Origin: Candidatus Kapaibacterium sp.
GTDB taxonomy: Bacteria; Bacteroidota; Ignavibacteria; Kapaibacteriales; UBA2268
NCBI GenBank assembly: GCA_963665665.1
Contig: OY762428.1
Coordinates: 3,104,001-3,168,000 of the forward strand
Reading direction: 5' to 3'
Length of the DNA stretch: 64,000 nucleotides
Under the pieces are notes generated by a model, which did not search any database, was not told where the DNA came from, and saw only the letters and a program-made list of their open reading frames with translations. This document shows, piece by piece, positions 1 to 10,194 of this stretch. Made by a program: the position numbers and the translations under genes. The stretch's first letter is position 1, and every line of letters begins with the position of its first letter.

Positions 1-216
1 CTGCTAAAATTGATAAGTCAACTATATAGTACTAAATAATACTAACGCATTAATTAATATTTTGATTCGCAGAAAGTTCCTTTCCGGCTAATCAGGCTTT
101 CTTATGTTTATTTTGTCCTGAATATGCTGAAAAGAGATTTTATTCTGTCTTTACTTTTCTTTTACAGTCATATTTATTATCTTTATTTAAAAATTAAGTT
201 AACCCTCGGAGGCACT

Positions 217-2268
217 ATGAAATATCTTATTTACTTTTTTATGTTCAATATTTTTGTTTTTTCTTCCAATGCCGAAGATTACTGGGAGAAGACATCAGGG
301 CCGGAAGGAGCAACAATTTATTCTATTGTGGCCGGTGACAACGGCATTCTGTATGCCGGCGCTTACAACAGGATTTATAAAAGCACGAATAACGGTGAAG
401 AATGGGCTGAGGTATTTTACGATTATCTGACAAATAATTTTACATCACTGATGATAAGTTCTGACGGTAATGTCCATGCCGGCTGCAGAGGATTTATTTA
501 TAAATCAACTGATAATGGTAATGAATGGAAAATGACCACCAGGAACCTTGATCATTTCGAAGCTACTGCTATGGCCGAAGGCAGAGACGGCGTTCTATAT
601 ACCGGTACGAACGGCTATGGAGTTTTTCGTTCCACTGATTCGGGAAATAAATGGGAAAAATACAATACAGGCCTTGACAGTGCTATGAAGGTGAGTGGTA
701 TTGCTATAGATAACGATAACAGAATATTTATCTCCACTAATGACGGCATTTATTACAGCGATAACGACGGTGAAAAATGGGTAAAAGATCTGAGCGTGAT
801 TGGCTCTGATGAACATTATATTGATATTAAGATTACTTCCACCGGTTCGTTGGTTGCGATTACAAAAGAAAGGGTGCTTCACATGCCGCCGGATCATCCC
901 TGGATTGATATTTCATCCGCTTTTGATTCAACATTATCTTTCACAACAATCGCTGTTGGAGATATGGGAATTTTTTACCTCGGTACCGAAAAAACTTCAA
1001 TTTTTAAATATTTCTCGGGTGTAACCGGCTGGCTGCCAATAGATGATGCTGCAAATCAGGAAATACTTTGTATTGCTCTCGACAGCGAAAATAATATTTA
1101 TTCCTCGGTAATCAGGGCGGGATTATATTTAATGAAAAGCAATGAAACAACTTTTTCCGGAATCGGAAACGGCTTTTCTCCATTCAGTATCAATTCTGTT
1201 GCTATTGATAATAATAATTACATATATGCGGCAACTCTTTCGGGCGGGCTTTTTAAATCGGAGGATGACGGCCTTACCTGGAATGTTTTGCCTGATTTGC
1301 CGATGATTGATATTAAACGCATAGTTTGTTCTGAATATAATAATTACCTTTATGCCGGTTCGGTGAGCGGCCTTTACATAAGTACTGATTCCGGCGACAG
1401 TTGGACAAAAAAATCAGATACTTCTATTGCATGCATTCTTCCGACAGGAGAAAACGAATTGCTTATTGGTACTGCTGCAAAAGGTGTTTTTAAAACAGAC
1501 GGGCTGGCTGATAACTGGACCCAAATAAACTCGGGTATAGATATATCTGCCATTGGATCTGTTGAAACTATAATTAAAACAACCGACGGTAGTTTGTTCA
1601 TGGGTATGAAAGGCTATCTTGGCGGCGTGTACCGTTCTGATGATAACGGGGAAACATGGTTGAAGAAAGACCTTGGGCTTGGTTCCCTGAGCGCCAGCAA
1701 GCTTCTTGAAGTGAGTGAAAACCTGATTTTGATTGCCACAATGGACGGGCAGGTTCTGAGAACTACTGATAAGGGTGAAATGTGGGAATGGTATTCACAG
1801 GATATGCTTGCTACTCTTGTGCATGACCTGATAAAAACCTCTCAGGGCAGAGTTTACGCAGCAACATACGGGCATGGCGTTTATGAATTAAACATCGGGA
1901 ATAGAAGATGGATTAATTATACTGATGGTATGGATGTACCAACGGCAACTTCTCTTGCAGAAAACAGCGATGGTTATATTTTCGCCGGAACAGTAATTGG
2001 CGGAGTATACAAAAGTATCCTTCCCGGTGTTGGTGTTGATGAAAAGGGAAATGAGAAAGGTTTGGTATATCCAAACCCGGTTGAAGATTTCCTTTATATT
2101 GATTCTGATTACTATAGCAGCCTGACAATAGCAGATTATTCCGGCAGAACAATCGGGGTTTACAATTATCGGAAAAGAATTGATTTCTCACAATTCCCCT
2201 CCGGATTATATTTTATCAGGGTGGAAATTGATGGCAGAACCAAAGATTATAAAGTAGTAAAAATGTGA
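217..2268 (+). CDS. Secreted BNR/Asp-box beta-propeller protein with T9SS type A C-terminal sorting domain
   Basis: Repeated SxDxGxxW Asp-boxes; C-terminal VYPNPV...SGLYFIRV...KVVK motif. Start moved from 124 to ATG 217 (GGAGG upstream, signal peptide MKYLIYFF...). Confidence 0.85.
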   Translation: MKYLIYFFMFNIFVFSSNAEDYWEKTSGPEGATIYSIVAGDNGILYAGAYNRIYKSTNNGEEWAEVFYDYLTNNFTSLMISSDGNVHAGCRGFIYKSTDNGNEWKMTTRNLDHFEATAMAEGRDGVLYTGTNGYGVFRSTDSGNKWEKYNTGLDSAMKVSGIAIDNDNRIFISTNDGIYYSDNDGEKWVKDLSVIGSDEHYIDIKITSTGSLVAITKERVLHMPPDHPWIDISSAFDSTLSFTTIAVGDMGIFYLGTEKTSIFKYFSGVTGWLPIDDAANQEILCIALDSENNIYSSVIRAGLYLMKSNETTFSGIGNGFSPFSINSVAIDNNNYIYAATLSGGLFKSEDDGLTWNVLPDLPMIDIKRIVCSEYNNYLYAGSVSGLYISTDSGDSWTKKSDTSIACILPTGENELLIGTAAKGVFKTDGLADNWTQINSGIDISAIGSVETIIKTTDGSLFMGMKGYLGGVYRSDDNGETWLKKDLGLGSLSASKLLEVSENLILIATMDGQVLRTTDKGEMWEWYSQDMLATLVHDLIKTSQGRVYAATYGHGVYELNIGNRRWINYTDGMDVPTATSLAENSDGYIFAGTVIGGVYKSILPGVGVDEKGNEKGLVYPNPVEDFLYIDSDYYSSLTIADYSGRTIGVYNYRKRIDFSQFPSGLYFIRVEIDGRTKDYKVVKM

Positions 2269-2634
2269 TATGTTTGTTGAATTGCATTATTTTTTTATAG
2301 ATTTAATTGTGAAAACAGGCTTTGAAAATTTGGATGCCTGCATTTCGGTTATTTTTTTGTGAATTTTTATATTCATATCTGGCCTGATAAATATATGATT
2401 TCAAAATATATAGTAATGATCAGAAAACCAGGTGTTAGTTTGATTGAAAGTCACAGTAAAGAATTTAAAAAAAATAGTAAAAAATTATTTGTATATATTA
2501 CAAAAACAGCTTAAATTTGTATCTCTGTTTGAGACGGTGATGTGAACATTGAAATAAAAAATATTTGCAGGAAATAATAAAAATTATTAAATTGCATTCC
2601 TGTTGAAAACAGACTGAACGAATTGAAAATTTAA

Positions 2635-2707
2635 TGCCCTGTGGTGTAATTGGCAACACGTCTGACTCTGGATCAGAAGAGTTCAGGTTCGAGCCCTGAC
2701 GGGGCAG
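2635..2707 (+). tRNA. tRNA-Gln (anticodon CTG); CCA not encoded
   Basis: Acceptor stem TGCCCTG/CGGGGCA, D-arm GTGTAATTGGCAACAC, anticodon arm TCTGA-CTCTGGA-TCAGA, T-loop GTTCGAG. Confidence 0.95.
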
Positions 2708-2719
2708 CTCAAATAAAAT

Positions 2720-2753
2720 AAAGGACTTAGCAAAACACTAAGTCCTTTTTTTT
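2720..2753 (+). terminator. Intrinsic terminator after tRNA-Gln
   Basis: AAAGGACTTAG/CTAAGTCCTTT stem followed by T-run. Confidence 0.8.
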
Positions 2754-2917
2754 ATTATGGAAAATTATATTACAGGATGATGTTTTAATTAATTGGATAT
2801 GCTGAATAATTTTTTCAACCTTTGTATCTTTTTCGTAATTTAACATCAGGTTATAATATCATATATTTTGAAAATGGAATTAACTAAAACAGATGTATCA
2901 CTATTCGTGGAAAAAAA

Positions 2918-3682
2918 ATGAAAAACGTCACTACTCTTTTAATGCTGTTCGTTTTGCTTATTATCACATCCTGTTCAGATGACAGTACGTCGGTATCAAC
3001 CTCGGATAATTTAATTAATTTTTCGAAGGGCAATTACTGGATTTTTGATACTTACTCTGTTGATAAAGATCTAAACAGAACCGGCCAAAAATATCGTGAT
3101 TCTATTGTAGCAGAGACAAATGAAACTTTCCAGGGAAAGGATTCATGGTTTTTTGTCAGATACAGGGACAAAGCAAATTACGACACACTGATTCTTTCTG
3201 TTGAAGAAACCAAAGTTTATCGCTACCTGCGGCCTCATGAAATTGATCTGCCGGGATTCAGTGCCCAGTGGATATCATTCGCGGAATTAACCGATACATG
3301 GTTTGTTACAAGATCAGACGTTCTTATAGATGTAGAATATGAAAACTTTACAGACACATCTACTGCAAACTATATTGTTAATGGTTACAACGACGGGCAG
3401 GATACTGTTTTACTATTTGAAGATAACAATGCTATAGGTACGAAGTTCAGAATTAAAAATGATATGTCTGTTTCTTTCAGCAAACCCAATAGCACATGTG
3501 ATTTTAAGCTCACAAGAGCTAAACAAACAACATACAGCTTGTCCAAAGAAACCGGGATAATCAGAATTATCAAGCATCCGTATTTGAAAAAGGTAACAAG
3601 CTATTGCGATGAAATTCCCGGCAAAGAAGAATGGACAGACGGAGAAGTAAGTGAGATAATGGGATATCATGTTAATTTCTGA
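2918..3682 (+). CDS. Lipoprotein of unknown function
   Basis: Hydrophobic N-terminus with lipobox-like ITSC, then SDD; GNYWIF motif common in FCB-group lipoproteins. Confidence 0.7.
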   Translation: MKNVTTLLMLFVLLIITSCSDDSTSVSTSDNLINFSKGNYWIFDTYSVDKDLNRTGQKYRDSIVAETNETFQGKDSWFFVRYRDKANYDTLILSVEETKVYRYLRPHEIDLPGFSAQWISFAELTDTWFVTRSDVLIDVEYENFTDTSTANYIVNGYNDGQDTVLLFEDNNAIGTKFRIKNDMSVSFSKPNSTCDFKLTRAKQTTYSLSKETGIIRIIKHPYLKKVTSYCDEIPGKEEWTDGEVSEIMGYHVNF

Positions 3683-3729
3683 AATCAAACTTCAGCTGTA
3701 ACAATAGAAAAACAAATTCTTAAAATATT

Positions 3730-3757
3730 TAAAGCCGGCCTTTCGGGGTTGGCTTTA
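3730..3757. terminator. Hairpin between convergent genes, probable terminator
   Basis: TAAAGCCGGCC-TTTCGG-GGTTGGCTTTA stem-loop. Confidence 0.55.
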
Positions 3758-3895
3758 ATTATTATATGTGGTCAGGAATCCGGTAAATTTTTCATGCACT
3801 AACAACCGGGGAGTATTATTATCGGGATTATCAGCGTGGGCAGTACTTTCTGATAGACATCGGTAATAGTAACTAAGAATCATGAATCAACCGGT

Positions 3896-4648
3896 TCAGT
3901 TCAATTCTCTATTTTCACTTTCTGAATTATACTTTACAATCTCAACCCAGTTAATATCCCCATCTTCGGAACAGTATTCGATAGCAAATTCTCTAACAAA
4001 TTTAGTTATCATTTTGGCATAAGATTTTAAAAATTCTTCATTTCTTTCTTTGGCTTTATGTCCCAGGGGATAAATAAGGTTTGTATATAGATTATCATCT
4101 CCCGATATAAAAGCCCAGAAATCCTGTCCGCAGAATTTATAATAGTTATCTTTTTTCAATGGAGTCTTGTCCTTTCCGTAACAACAACCATTTACTGGAA
4201 TAACATTGATAGTTGAATTACTTGTTTTTAAAATTCTGGAAGCAGTATTAAAATCAGAAATCATTTTTTTAATTTGGCTGCTATTTCCCCAATTAGGGCC
4301 TGATTTTATTGAAACTATATATCTGATTGTATCCTTATCAAATTCCAGGTCGATTCCTCTTGCAGATGATTTCCAACCGCCGTAAACTTCGCCGCAAATA
4401 AATATTGCCAGTTCTTCTAACCAGTCTCCGAATAATGTTTCTTCATTTGATGATATGAAAGCATCAGTTATACTACGTATTAATTGTTCAGGGGTTTGTA
4501 AATGTTTAGCCTTAAAAAGATAAGGGTTTTTTCTCTTCAAAACTGTCTTCAATTCTAAACTATTAATCTTTTGAATTCTCTTATCATGAAAAGAAGAAAT
4601 ATTTTGTTCAACGTATTCAACTACTTTTGAAATTTTTATGGGCTTCAT
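3896..4648 (-). CDS. Type II restriction endonuclease (EcoO109I/PmeII-like PD-(D/E)XK family)
   Basis: KNPYLF, EETLFGDWLE, GIDLEF...SIKSGPNWGN, CGQDFW motifs; overlaps the methyltransferase gene by 32 bp. Confidence 0.75.
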   Translation of the reverse strand: MKPIKISKVVEYVEQNISSFHDKRIQKINSLELKTVLKRKNPYLFKAKHLQTPEQLIRSITDAFISSNEETLFGDWLEELAIFICGEVYGGWKSSARGIDLEFDKDTIRYIVSIKSGPNWGNSSQIKKMISDFNTASRILKTSNSTINVIPVNGCCYGKDKTPLKKDNYYKFCGQDFWAFISGDDNLYTNLIYPLGHKAKERNEEFLKSYAKMITKFVREFAIEYCSEDGDINWVEIVKYNSESENRELN

Positions 4649-5528
4649 AATTAACTCCGGGTTCGAATAGAACTAATTCACGCTTTTCAAATTTATTTTT
4701 CACAATATTATAATAATCCTCAAGAATTTCAATACCTATTGAATTTCTACCCATTCTTTCAGCAACAATGTTGGTTGTTCCGGAACCCATGAAAGGATCC
4801 AAAACAGTATCTCCAGGTAAAGTAAATAATTTAATAAACCATTCCGGCAAAGATTCCGGAAAAGCAGCGCTATGATTTTTATTATTACATTCGGTAGCAA
4901 GATGAAGAACATTTGTGGGGTATGCCATATCTCTGTGCAGCCAATTAGAAATGTTTTTTCCAAAACCACTTCCCACTTTGGATTCGTCTCTGGTTTTATC
5001 CGTATCGCTTAAATTTTTGAGTCTTGTTTTCGCCCAATTGCCAACAGGCACCATAACAGCTTCCTGATACATGTTAAATTTTTTTGATTTATTAAACTGT
5101 AATAGCCTTTCCCATGAATCCCTAAAACGGTTAGGCCATTTTCCCGGATATGAGTTTTTCTTATGCCAGATGAACTCCTCTGTCCATAACCAACCTCTTT
5201 TCCTCATTTCGACTATTAATTCAAGAACATAAGTTGATCTTTCACCGTTCTTTACTTTTTCTTTAATGTTTAATATAAAAGTACCATCCTGTTTTAAAAC
5301 TCTTTTAAATTGATCTGCTTTTCCCATGAACCAGGAAACATATTCTTCTGGTTTAATACCGCCATAAGTATTCTTTCTTTGATCGGCATACGGAGGTGAG
5401 GTAAAAATTAAATCTACACTTTCATCAAGGATTTTATTTAAAATATTCTCGCAATCTCCAAGATATAAGTTAGTTATACTTTTTCCTGTATCAAATGTAT
5501 CAGTCATATAAATATTATCTATTATCAT
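4617..5528 (-). CDS. Beta-class amino DNA methyltransferase, probably N4-cytosine
   Basis: Motif IV TSPPY precedes motif I DPFMGSGT; HSAAFPESLP. Start may be ATG 5507. Confidence 0.9.
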   Translation of the reverse strand: MIIDNIYMTDTFDTGKSITNLYLGDCENILNKILDESVDLIFTSPPYADQRKNTYGGIKPEEYVSWFMGKADQFKRVLKQDGTFILNIKEKVKNGERSTYVLELIVEMRKRGWLWTEEFIWHKKNSYPGKWPNRFRDSWERLLQFNKSKKFNMYQEAVMVPVGNWAKTRLKNLSDTDKTRDESKVGSGFGKNISNWLHRDMAYPTNVLHLATECNNKNHSAAFPESLPEWFIKLFTLPGDTVLDPFMGSGTTNIVAERMGRNSIGIEILEDYYNIVKNKFEKRELVLFEPGVNYEAHKNFKSS

Positions 5529-5980
5529 TTATTCAAAATAAAATATTAAATATATACATATCATTTTCTTAAACAAAATTTTTTTTCTTAGCAAAAAAAT
5601 TCTTAGATTGCACGACTGTAGGTTGACGTTAAAGTATATGCTTTAGAATTTGAGAGTTAGGAAAAAAGATGCGGCAGATATCACGATATGAAAAATACAT
5701 GGCTTCGGTAGAAGAGCACGCAGTATTTCCCAAGTTCAACCTTCCAAAAACCAGGGCAAGCAAAATAGTTCAGTTTAAGCATTACCAAACAGATGCCCCC
5801 ATCTGAATTTTGCCATATGGCCTCTGGTATATACCCGGATTTGGCCGGCAATATTAACATTTCACGCAGCATAATGAGACAATTGATCTTAATAATCCAC
5901 AAGGATTATTAATTATTGGGATAGATAATTGAAAAATATTAAGCATAGCTTATTAATTTATAAACACAGGAGATCTTACA

Positions 5981-6904
5981 ATGACTAAGGATTTTTTGAA
6001 AGTTTCAGACTTCAGCACAGAGGAAATTCTAAAAACCTTTGATATCGCACTTGACATGAAAAATGACCGCATGAAATATTCTGAAGCCCTTAAAGGCCAG
6101 ACTCTTGCGCTCATATTTGAAAAACCTTCACTCCGCACAAGAACTACATTTGACGTTGGTATCCAGCAGCTTGGCGGATATTCCATATATCTTTCTCCCG
6201 CGGAAATCAACCTTGGTAAAAGGGAATCAGTTTATGACGTTGCCAAAAACCTTGAAAGAATGGTACAGGGTATCATGATCCGTACATTTGCTCATTCAGT
6301 TGTTGACGGCTTGTCAGAATATGCAAAAATTCCGATTATTAACGGCCTTACCGATTATACTCACCCATGCCAGGCAATGGCTGATTTCCTTACAATCAAA
6401 GAATATAAAGGCGATTTCAAAGGCCGTAAACTTACTTATGTTGGCGATGGTAACAATGTTGCTCATTCGCTCATGCTTGCAGGCGCCCGCCTTGGTGTTA
6501 GTGTTACAGTTGCTTGCCCCATGGGATACGAACCAAACATGAGAATTTATAACGAAGCTACTGCAATAGGTAAAGAAACCGGCTCTGAAATAGTAGTTAC
6601 AAGCTGTGCCAAAACAGGTGTTAAAGATGCTGATGCTGTTTATACAGACGTTTGGGCATCAATGGGACAGGAAGAAGAAGCTGCTGAACGCAGGAAAATA
6701 TTCCTTCCTTACCAGGTAAACGAAGACCTTATGGCAAATGCAAAATCAGATGCTATCTTTATGCACTGCCTGCCGGCACACCGTGGCGACGAAGTAACTG
6801 ACGGTGTAATTGATGCTGACAATTCTGTTGTATTTCCGGAAGCAGAAAACAGGCTTCACGCACAGAAAGCTATCATGTATCAGCTGATGAAAGATGTTAA
6901 ATAA
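5981..6904 (+). CDS. argF: Ornithine carbamoyltransferase (ArgF/ArcB)
   Basis: FEKPSLRT, HPCQ, GDGNNV, DVWASMG and HCLP motifs. Confidence 0.95.
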   Translation: MTKDFLKVSDFSTEEILKTFDIALDMKNDRMKYSEALKGQTLALIFEKPSLRTRTTFDVGIQQLGGYSIYLSPAEINLGKRESVYDVAKNLERMVQGIMIRTFAHSVVDGLSEYAKIPIINGLTDYTHPCQAMADFLTIKEYKGDFKGRKLTYVGDGNNVAHSLMLAGARLGVSVTVACPMGYEPNMRIYNEATAIGKETGSEIVVTSCAKTGVKDADAVYTDVWASMGQEEEAAERRKIFLPYQVNEDLMANAKSDAIFMHCLPAHRGDEVTDGVIDADNSVVFPEAENRLHAQKAIMYQLMKDVK

Positions 6905-6930
6905 TATTAGCAAAGCATCACGAGGTTAAT

Positions 6931-7872
6931 GTGCAGAAAAAAGCTTTAATAGCAGTTGGCGGGAACTCTCTGATCCGTGCGGGTCAGAGAGGCCGCATAC
7001 CTGAACAGTTCGATAATGCCCTTGCCACGGCACGCAGCATCGTTAAGATGATCGGGCTTGGCTGGGATATGGTAATTACACATGGGAACGGCCCCCAGGC
7101 CGGAGCCGCTCTTCTTCGTTCGGAAAGAGCAGCTTCGGAAGTTTACAGGCATACTCTGGATATGTGTGTAGCTACCACGCAAAGTGAAATAGGATATATA
7201 TTAACCAGGGCAATGGAGCAGGAACTTCGTGCCCAGGGTATTAATAAATCGGTTACAACTATACCCACAATGGTTGAAGTTGATCCCGAAGACGATGCAT
7301 ATAAAAATCCCAGCAAGCCGATTGGCCCTTTTTATTCCGAAGAAGAAGCTGAATCTATGAAAAGGCAGTTCAACTGGGATATTGTTGAAGATGCTTCAAG
7401 AGGTTACAGGCGTGTTGTTGCATCCCCGGAACCCAAAAAAGTAAACGAACTCGGAATCATTCGCAAGATTATTGATCTTGGTATTATAGCCATTGCTCTT
7501 GGCGGCGGCGGAATACCTGTTATCAGGGACGAAAATGCTAATATTACCGGATCTGAAGCCGTTATTGATAAAGACCGCAGTTCAGCTTTGCTTGCTAACG
7601 AATTGGATGTTGATCTGTTTATCATATCGACTGATACCGATCAGGTATATTTGAATTATAAGAAACCTGACGAAAAAGGATTAAGGAACATAAGCGTCGA
7701 TGAGTTGGAAGAATATGCCAAAGCAGGCCATTTTCCTGCCGGATCGATGGGGCCCAAGGTGGAATCCGCCATCAGGTTTGTCAGGAAATCCGGTAAAAAG
7801 GCAATCATAACATCTTATGAGTATCTTGATGCCGCTTTGGAAGGCAAGGCGGGAACGCATATCCTTCCGTAA
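6931..7872 (+). CDS. arcC: Carbamate kinase
   Basis: AVGGNSL, THGNGPQ, PSKPIGPFY, RRVVASPEP, GGGGIPV, AVIDKD, GSMGPKV. Confidence 0.95.
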   Translation: MQKKALIAVGGNSLIRAGQRGRIPEQFDNALATARSIVKMIGLGWDMVITHGNGPQAGAALLRSERAASEVYRHTLDMCVATTQSEIGYILTRAMEQELRAQGINKSVTTIPTMVEVDPEDDAYKNPSKPIGPFYSEEEAESMKRQFNWDIVEDASRGYRRVVASPEPKKVNELGIIRKIIDLGIIAIALGGGGIPVIRDENANITGSEAVIDKDRSSALLANELDVDLFIISTDTDQVYLNYKKPDEKGLRNISVDELEEYAKAGHFPAGSMGPKVESAIRFVRKSGKKAIITSYEYLDAALEGKAGTHILP

Positions 7873-7989
7873 TTCAAGGATTTCAGGGTGTGGAAAAATT
7901 CATATCCAATAAAATTGGTAATTGATAAAAAGTTGAATAATTTGCTATGATACAGAAAAGCAATTTTCAGATTTATAAAGGGAATTAAT

Positions 7990-8907
7990 ATGAAATTGGA
8001 ACATATTGTCGAATCCCAACAGTTTACGGTTCCGCTTCTTATGGACCTGTTTGAACGTACAAACCAGATGAAAAAGATTGTGGCACGTGGCGGCACAAGA
8101 GACTACGAGAACAAAATACTCGCTACTCTTTTCTATAAGCCTTCCACAAGAACACGTTTTTCTTTTGAATCTGCAATGTACCGTCTTGGAGGAAAAGTCC
8201 TGTCAACTGAACAGGCAAGGGAATTCTCATCTGAAGTAGAGGGAGAGAATCTTGATGATACTATCAGGATAATTTCCAATTATTGTGATACAATTATTCT
8301 CCGCCACCATGAAGAAGGCGGAGCTAAAAGGGCTGCGGCTGTTTCACCTGTTCCAATTGTCAATGCAGGCGATGGTTCGGGCGGGCAACACCCCACACAG
8401 GCATTGCTTGACCTTTATACAATTTATAACGAATGCAAAACTCTCGACGGCCTTTCCATAGCTTTTATCGGTGCTTTGGATCTTGGAAGGACAGTACGTT
8501 CACTGGCCTACTTACTCGGGAAATTTGACAGGATAAAACTTTATTTTGTTGCTCCGGAAGAGCTTCAAATAAATAAAGATATACTTGAATACCTTGACGA
8601 ACGAGGCGTTGCTTATACTCTGGCAAACAGCACAAAAGGAATTCTCGAAAAAGTTGATGTAGTATATCAAACCAGGATTGACAGGGAAAGGCTTAAAGAT
8701 AAAAACATGGACCTGTCTGTTTATAATATTGACAGGGAATCACTGAATATTATGAAGTATGAATCTATCATTCTTCACCCTCTTCCCCGTTCGGTTGAAA
8801 TTGACCCGGGGATCGACCACGATCCGAGGGCGGCATATTTCCGTCAGGCAGAAAATGGTTTGTATGTACGCATGGCCTTACTTACCATGCTTTTTGAAAA
8901 TGAATAA
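7990..8907 (+). CDS. pyrB: Aspartate carbamoyltransferase-family protein with atypical active-site residues
   Basis: PSTRTR, NAGDG, HPTQALLD, GRTVRSL, HPLPR, YFRQA motifs. Deviations: FYKP, SSEVEGE, GALD, TRIDRER (see findings). Confidence 0.75.
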   Translation: MKLEHIVESQQFTVPLLMDLFERTNQMKKIVARGGTRDYENKILATLFYKPSTRTRFSFESAMYRLGGKVLSTEQAREFSSEVEGENLDDTIRIISNYCDTIILRHHEEGGAKRAAAVSPVPIVNAGDGSGGQHPTQALLDLYTIYNECKTLDGLSIAFIGALDLGRTVRSLAYLLGKFDRIKLYFVAPEELQINKDILEYLDERGVAYTLANSTKGILEKVDVVYQTRIDRERLKDKNMDLSVYNIDRESLNIMKYESIILHPLPRSVEIDPGIDHDPRAAYFRQAENGLYVRMALLTMLFENE

Positions 8908-8931
8908 TTAATATTGAAATAAAGGAAGATA

Positions 8932-10143
8932 ATGAAAACGCAGGATTTTATTCAGATAGAAAATGATTTTGGCGCTCATAACTACCATCCTCTGGACGTA
9001 GTTGTAAAAGAAGCCAAAGGTGTTTGGGTAACTGATGTAGATGGGAAAAAATACATGGATTGCCTTGCAGCATATTCTGCTGTGAACCAGGGGCATTGCC
9101 ACGAAAAAATTTATGAAGTATTTGTTGAGCAGGCAAAACACGTTACTCTTACAAGCCGTGCTTTCCGCAACGACAGGCTTCCGATGCTTTATAAGAAACT
9201 TAATGAAATGACAGGCTATGGAATGTCATTACCAATGAACTCGGGCGCTGAGGCAGTTGAATCTGCAATTAAAGTTGCACGCCGCTGGGGTTATGACGTA
9301 AAGGGCGTTGAAAAAGATAAAGCAGAGATAGTTGTAGCTTCCGGAAACTTCCATGGCAGAACAACAACTATTGTTGGTTTTTCTGACGATCCTTCTTCTT
9401 ATGCCGGTTTCGGCCCTTATTGCAATGAAGCATTCCCCATGCATGAATATGGTAACCTTGAAGACCTGAAATCAAAAATAAATAAAAATACTGTAGCAGT
9501 AATGGTTGAGCCTATTCAGGGCGAAGGCGGAATCGTTATTCCTCCGGACGGATATCTGAAAGGTATCGCAGAAATTTGTAAAGAAAACAATATTCTTTTC
9601 ATTTGCGATGAAATCCAGGCAGGCCTTGGCCGCAGCGGTAAACTTTTTGCCCACTATTACGAAGATGTCAGGCCGGACATCGTCATTATCGGTAAAGCTC
9701 TTGCAGGTGGTTTTTATCCCGTTTCGGCAATTCTTGCAAGCAAAGATGTTATGCTGGTGGTAAAACCCGGCGAGCATGGCTCCACATTTGGCGGTAATCC
9801 TCTTGGTGCTGCTGTAGCTATTAAAGCACTGGAAGTAATTGAAGACGAAAAACTCGTTGAAAGGTCTTATGAAATGGGCGAGTATTTCATGGGCAAACTT
9901 CGTGCAATTGACAGCCCGCATATTTCACTTGTTCGCGGACGCGGCCTCTGGATTGGTTTCGTTCTCGACCGCAAAGCCCGTCCTTACTGCGAAAAACTTA
10001 TGGATGAGGGTATCCTTTGTAAAGAAACGCATGAAAATATTATTCGTTTTGCTCCTCCTCTCGTTATTAGCAAGGAAGATATTGACTGGGCATGTGAGAA
10101 AATCGAAAAAGTTGTTAAAGAACTCGATAGCGTAGAGTTTTAA
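8932..10143 (+). CDS. rocD: Ornithine--oxo-acid aminotransferase
   Basis: GAHNYHPL, YSAVNQGHCH, LTSRAF, MNSGAEAVE, EPIQGEGG, DEIQAGLGR, GKAL (PLP Lys), HGSTFGGNP. Confidence 0.95.
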   Translation: MKTQDFIQIENDFGAHNYHPLDVVVKEAKGVWVTDVDGKKYMDCLAAYSAVNQGHCHEKIYEVFVEQAKHVTLTSRAFRNDRLPMLYKKLNEMTGYGMSLPMNSGAEAVESAIKVARRWGYDVKGVEKDKAEIVVASGNFHGRTTTIVGFSDDPSSYAGFGPYCNEAFPMHEYGNLEDLKSKINKNTVAVMVEPIQGEGGIVIPPDGYLKGIAEICKENNILFICDEIQAGLGRSGKLFAHYYEDVRPDIVIIGKALAGGFYPVSAILASKDVMLVVKPGEHGSTFGGNPLGAAVAIKALEVIEDEKLVERSYEMGEYFMGKLRAIDSPHISLVRGRGLWIGFVLDRKARPYCEKLMDEGILCKETHENIIRFAPPLVISKEDIDWACEKIEKVVKELDSVEF

Positions 10144-10194
10144 TTAAATAAAGATATATAATTTTTCTAATTAATTTTTTGTTTAAGGAGTTTA

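Noticed and set aside
2635-5980. attL/attR duplication of the tRNA 3' end
   Set aside because: No second copy found by eye and no integrase in the window.
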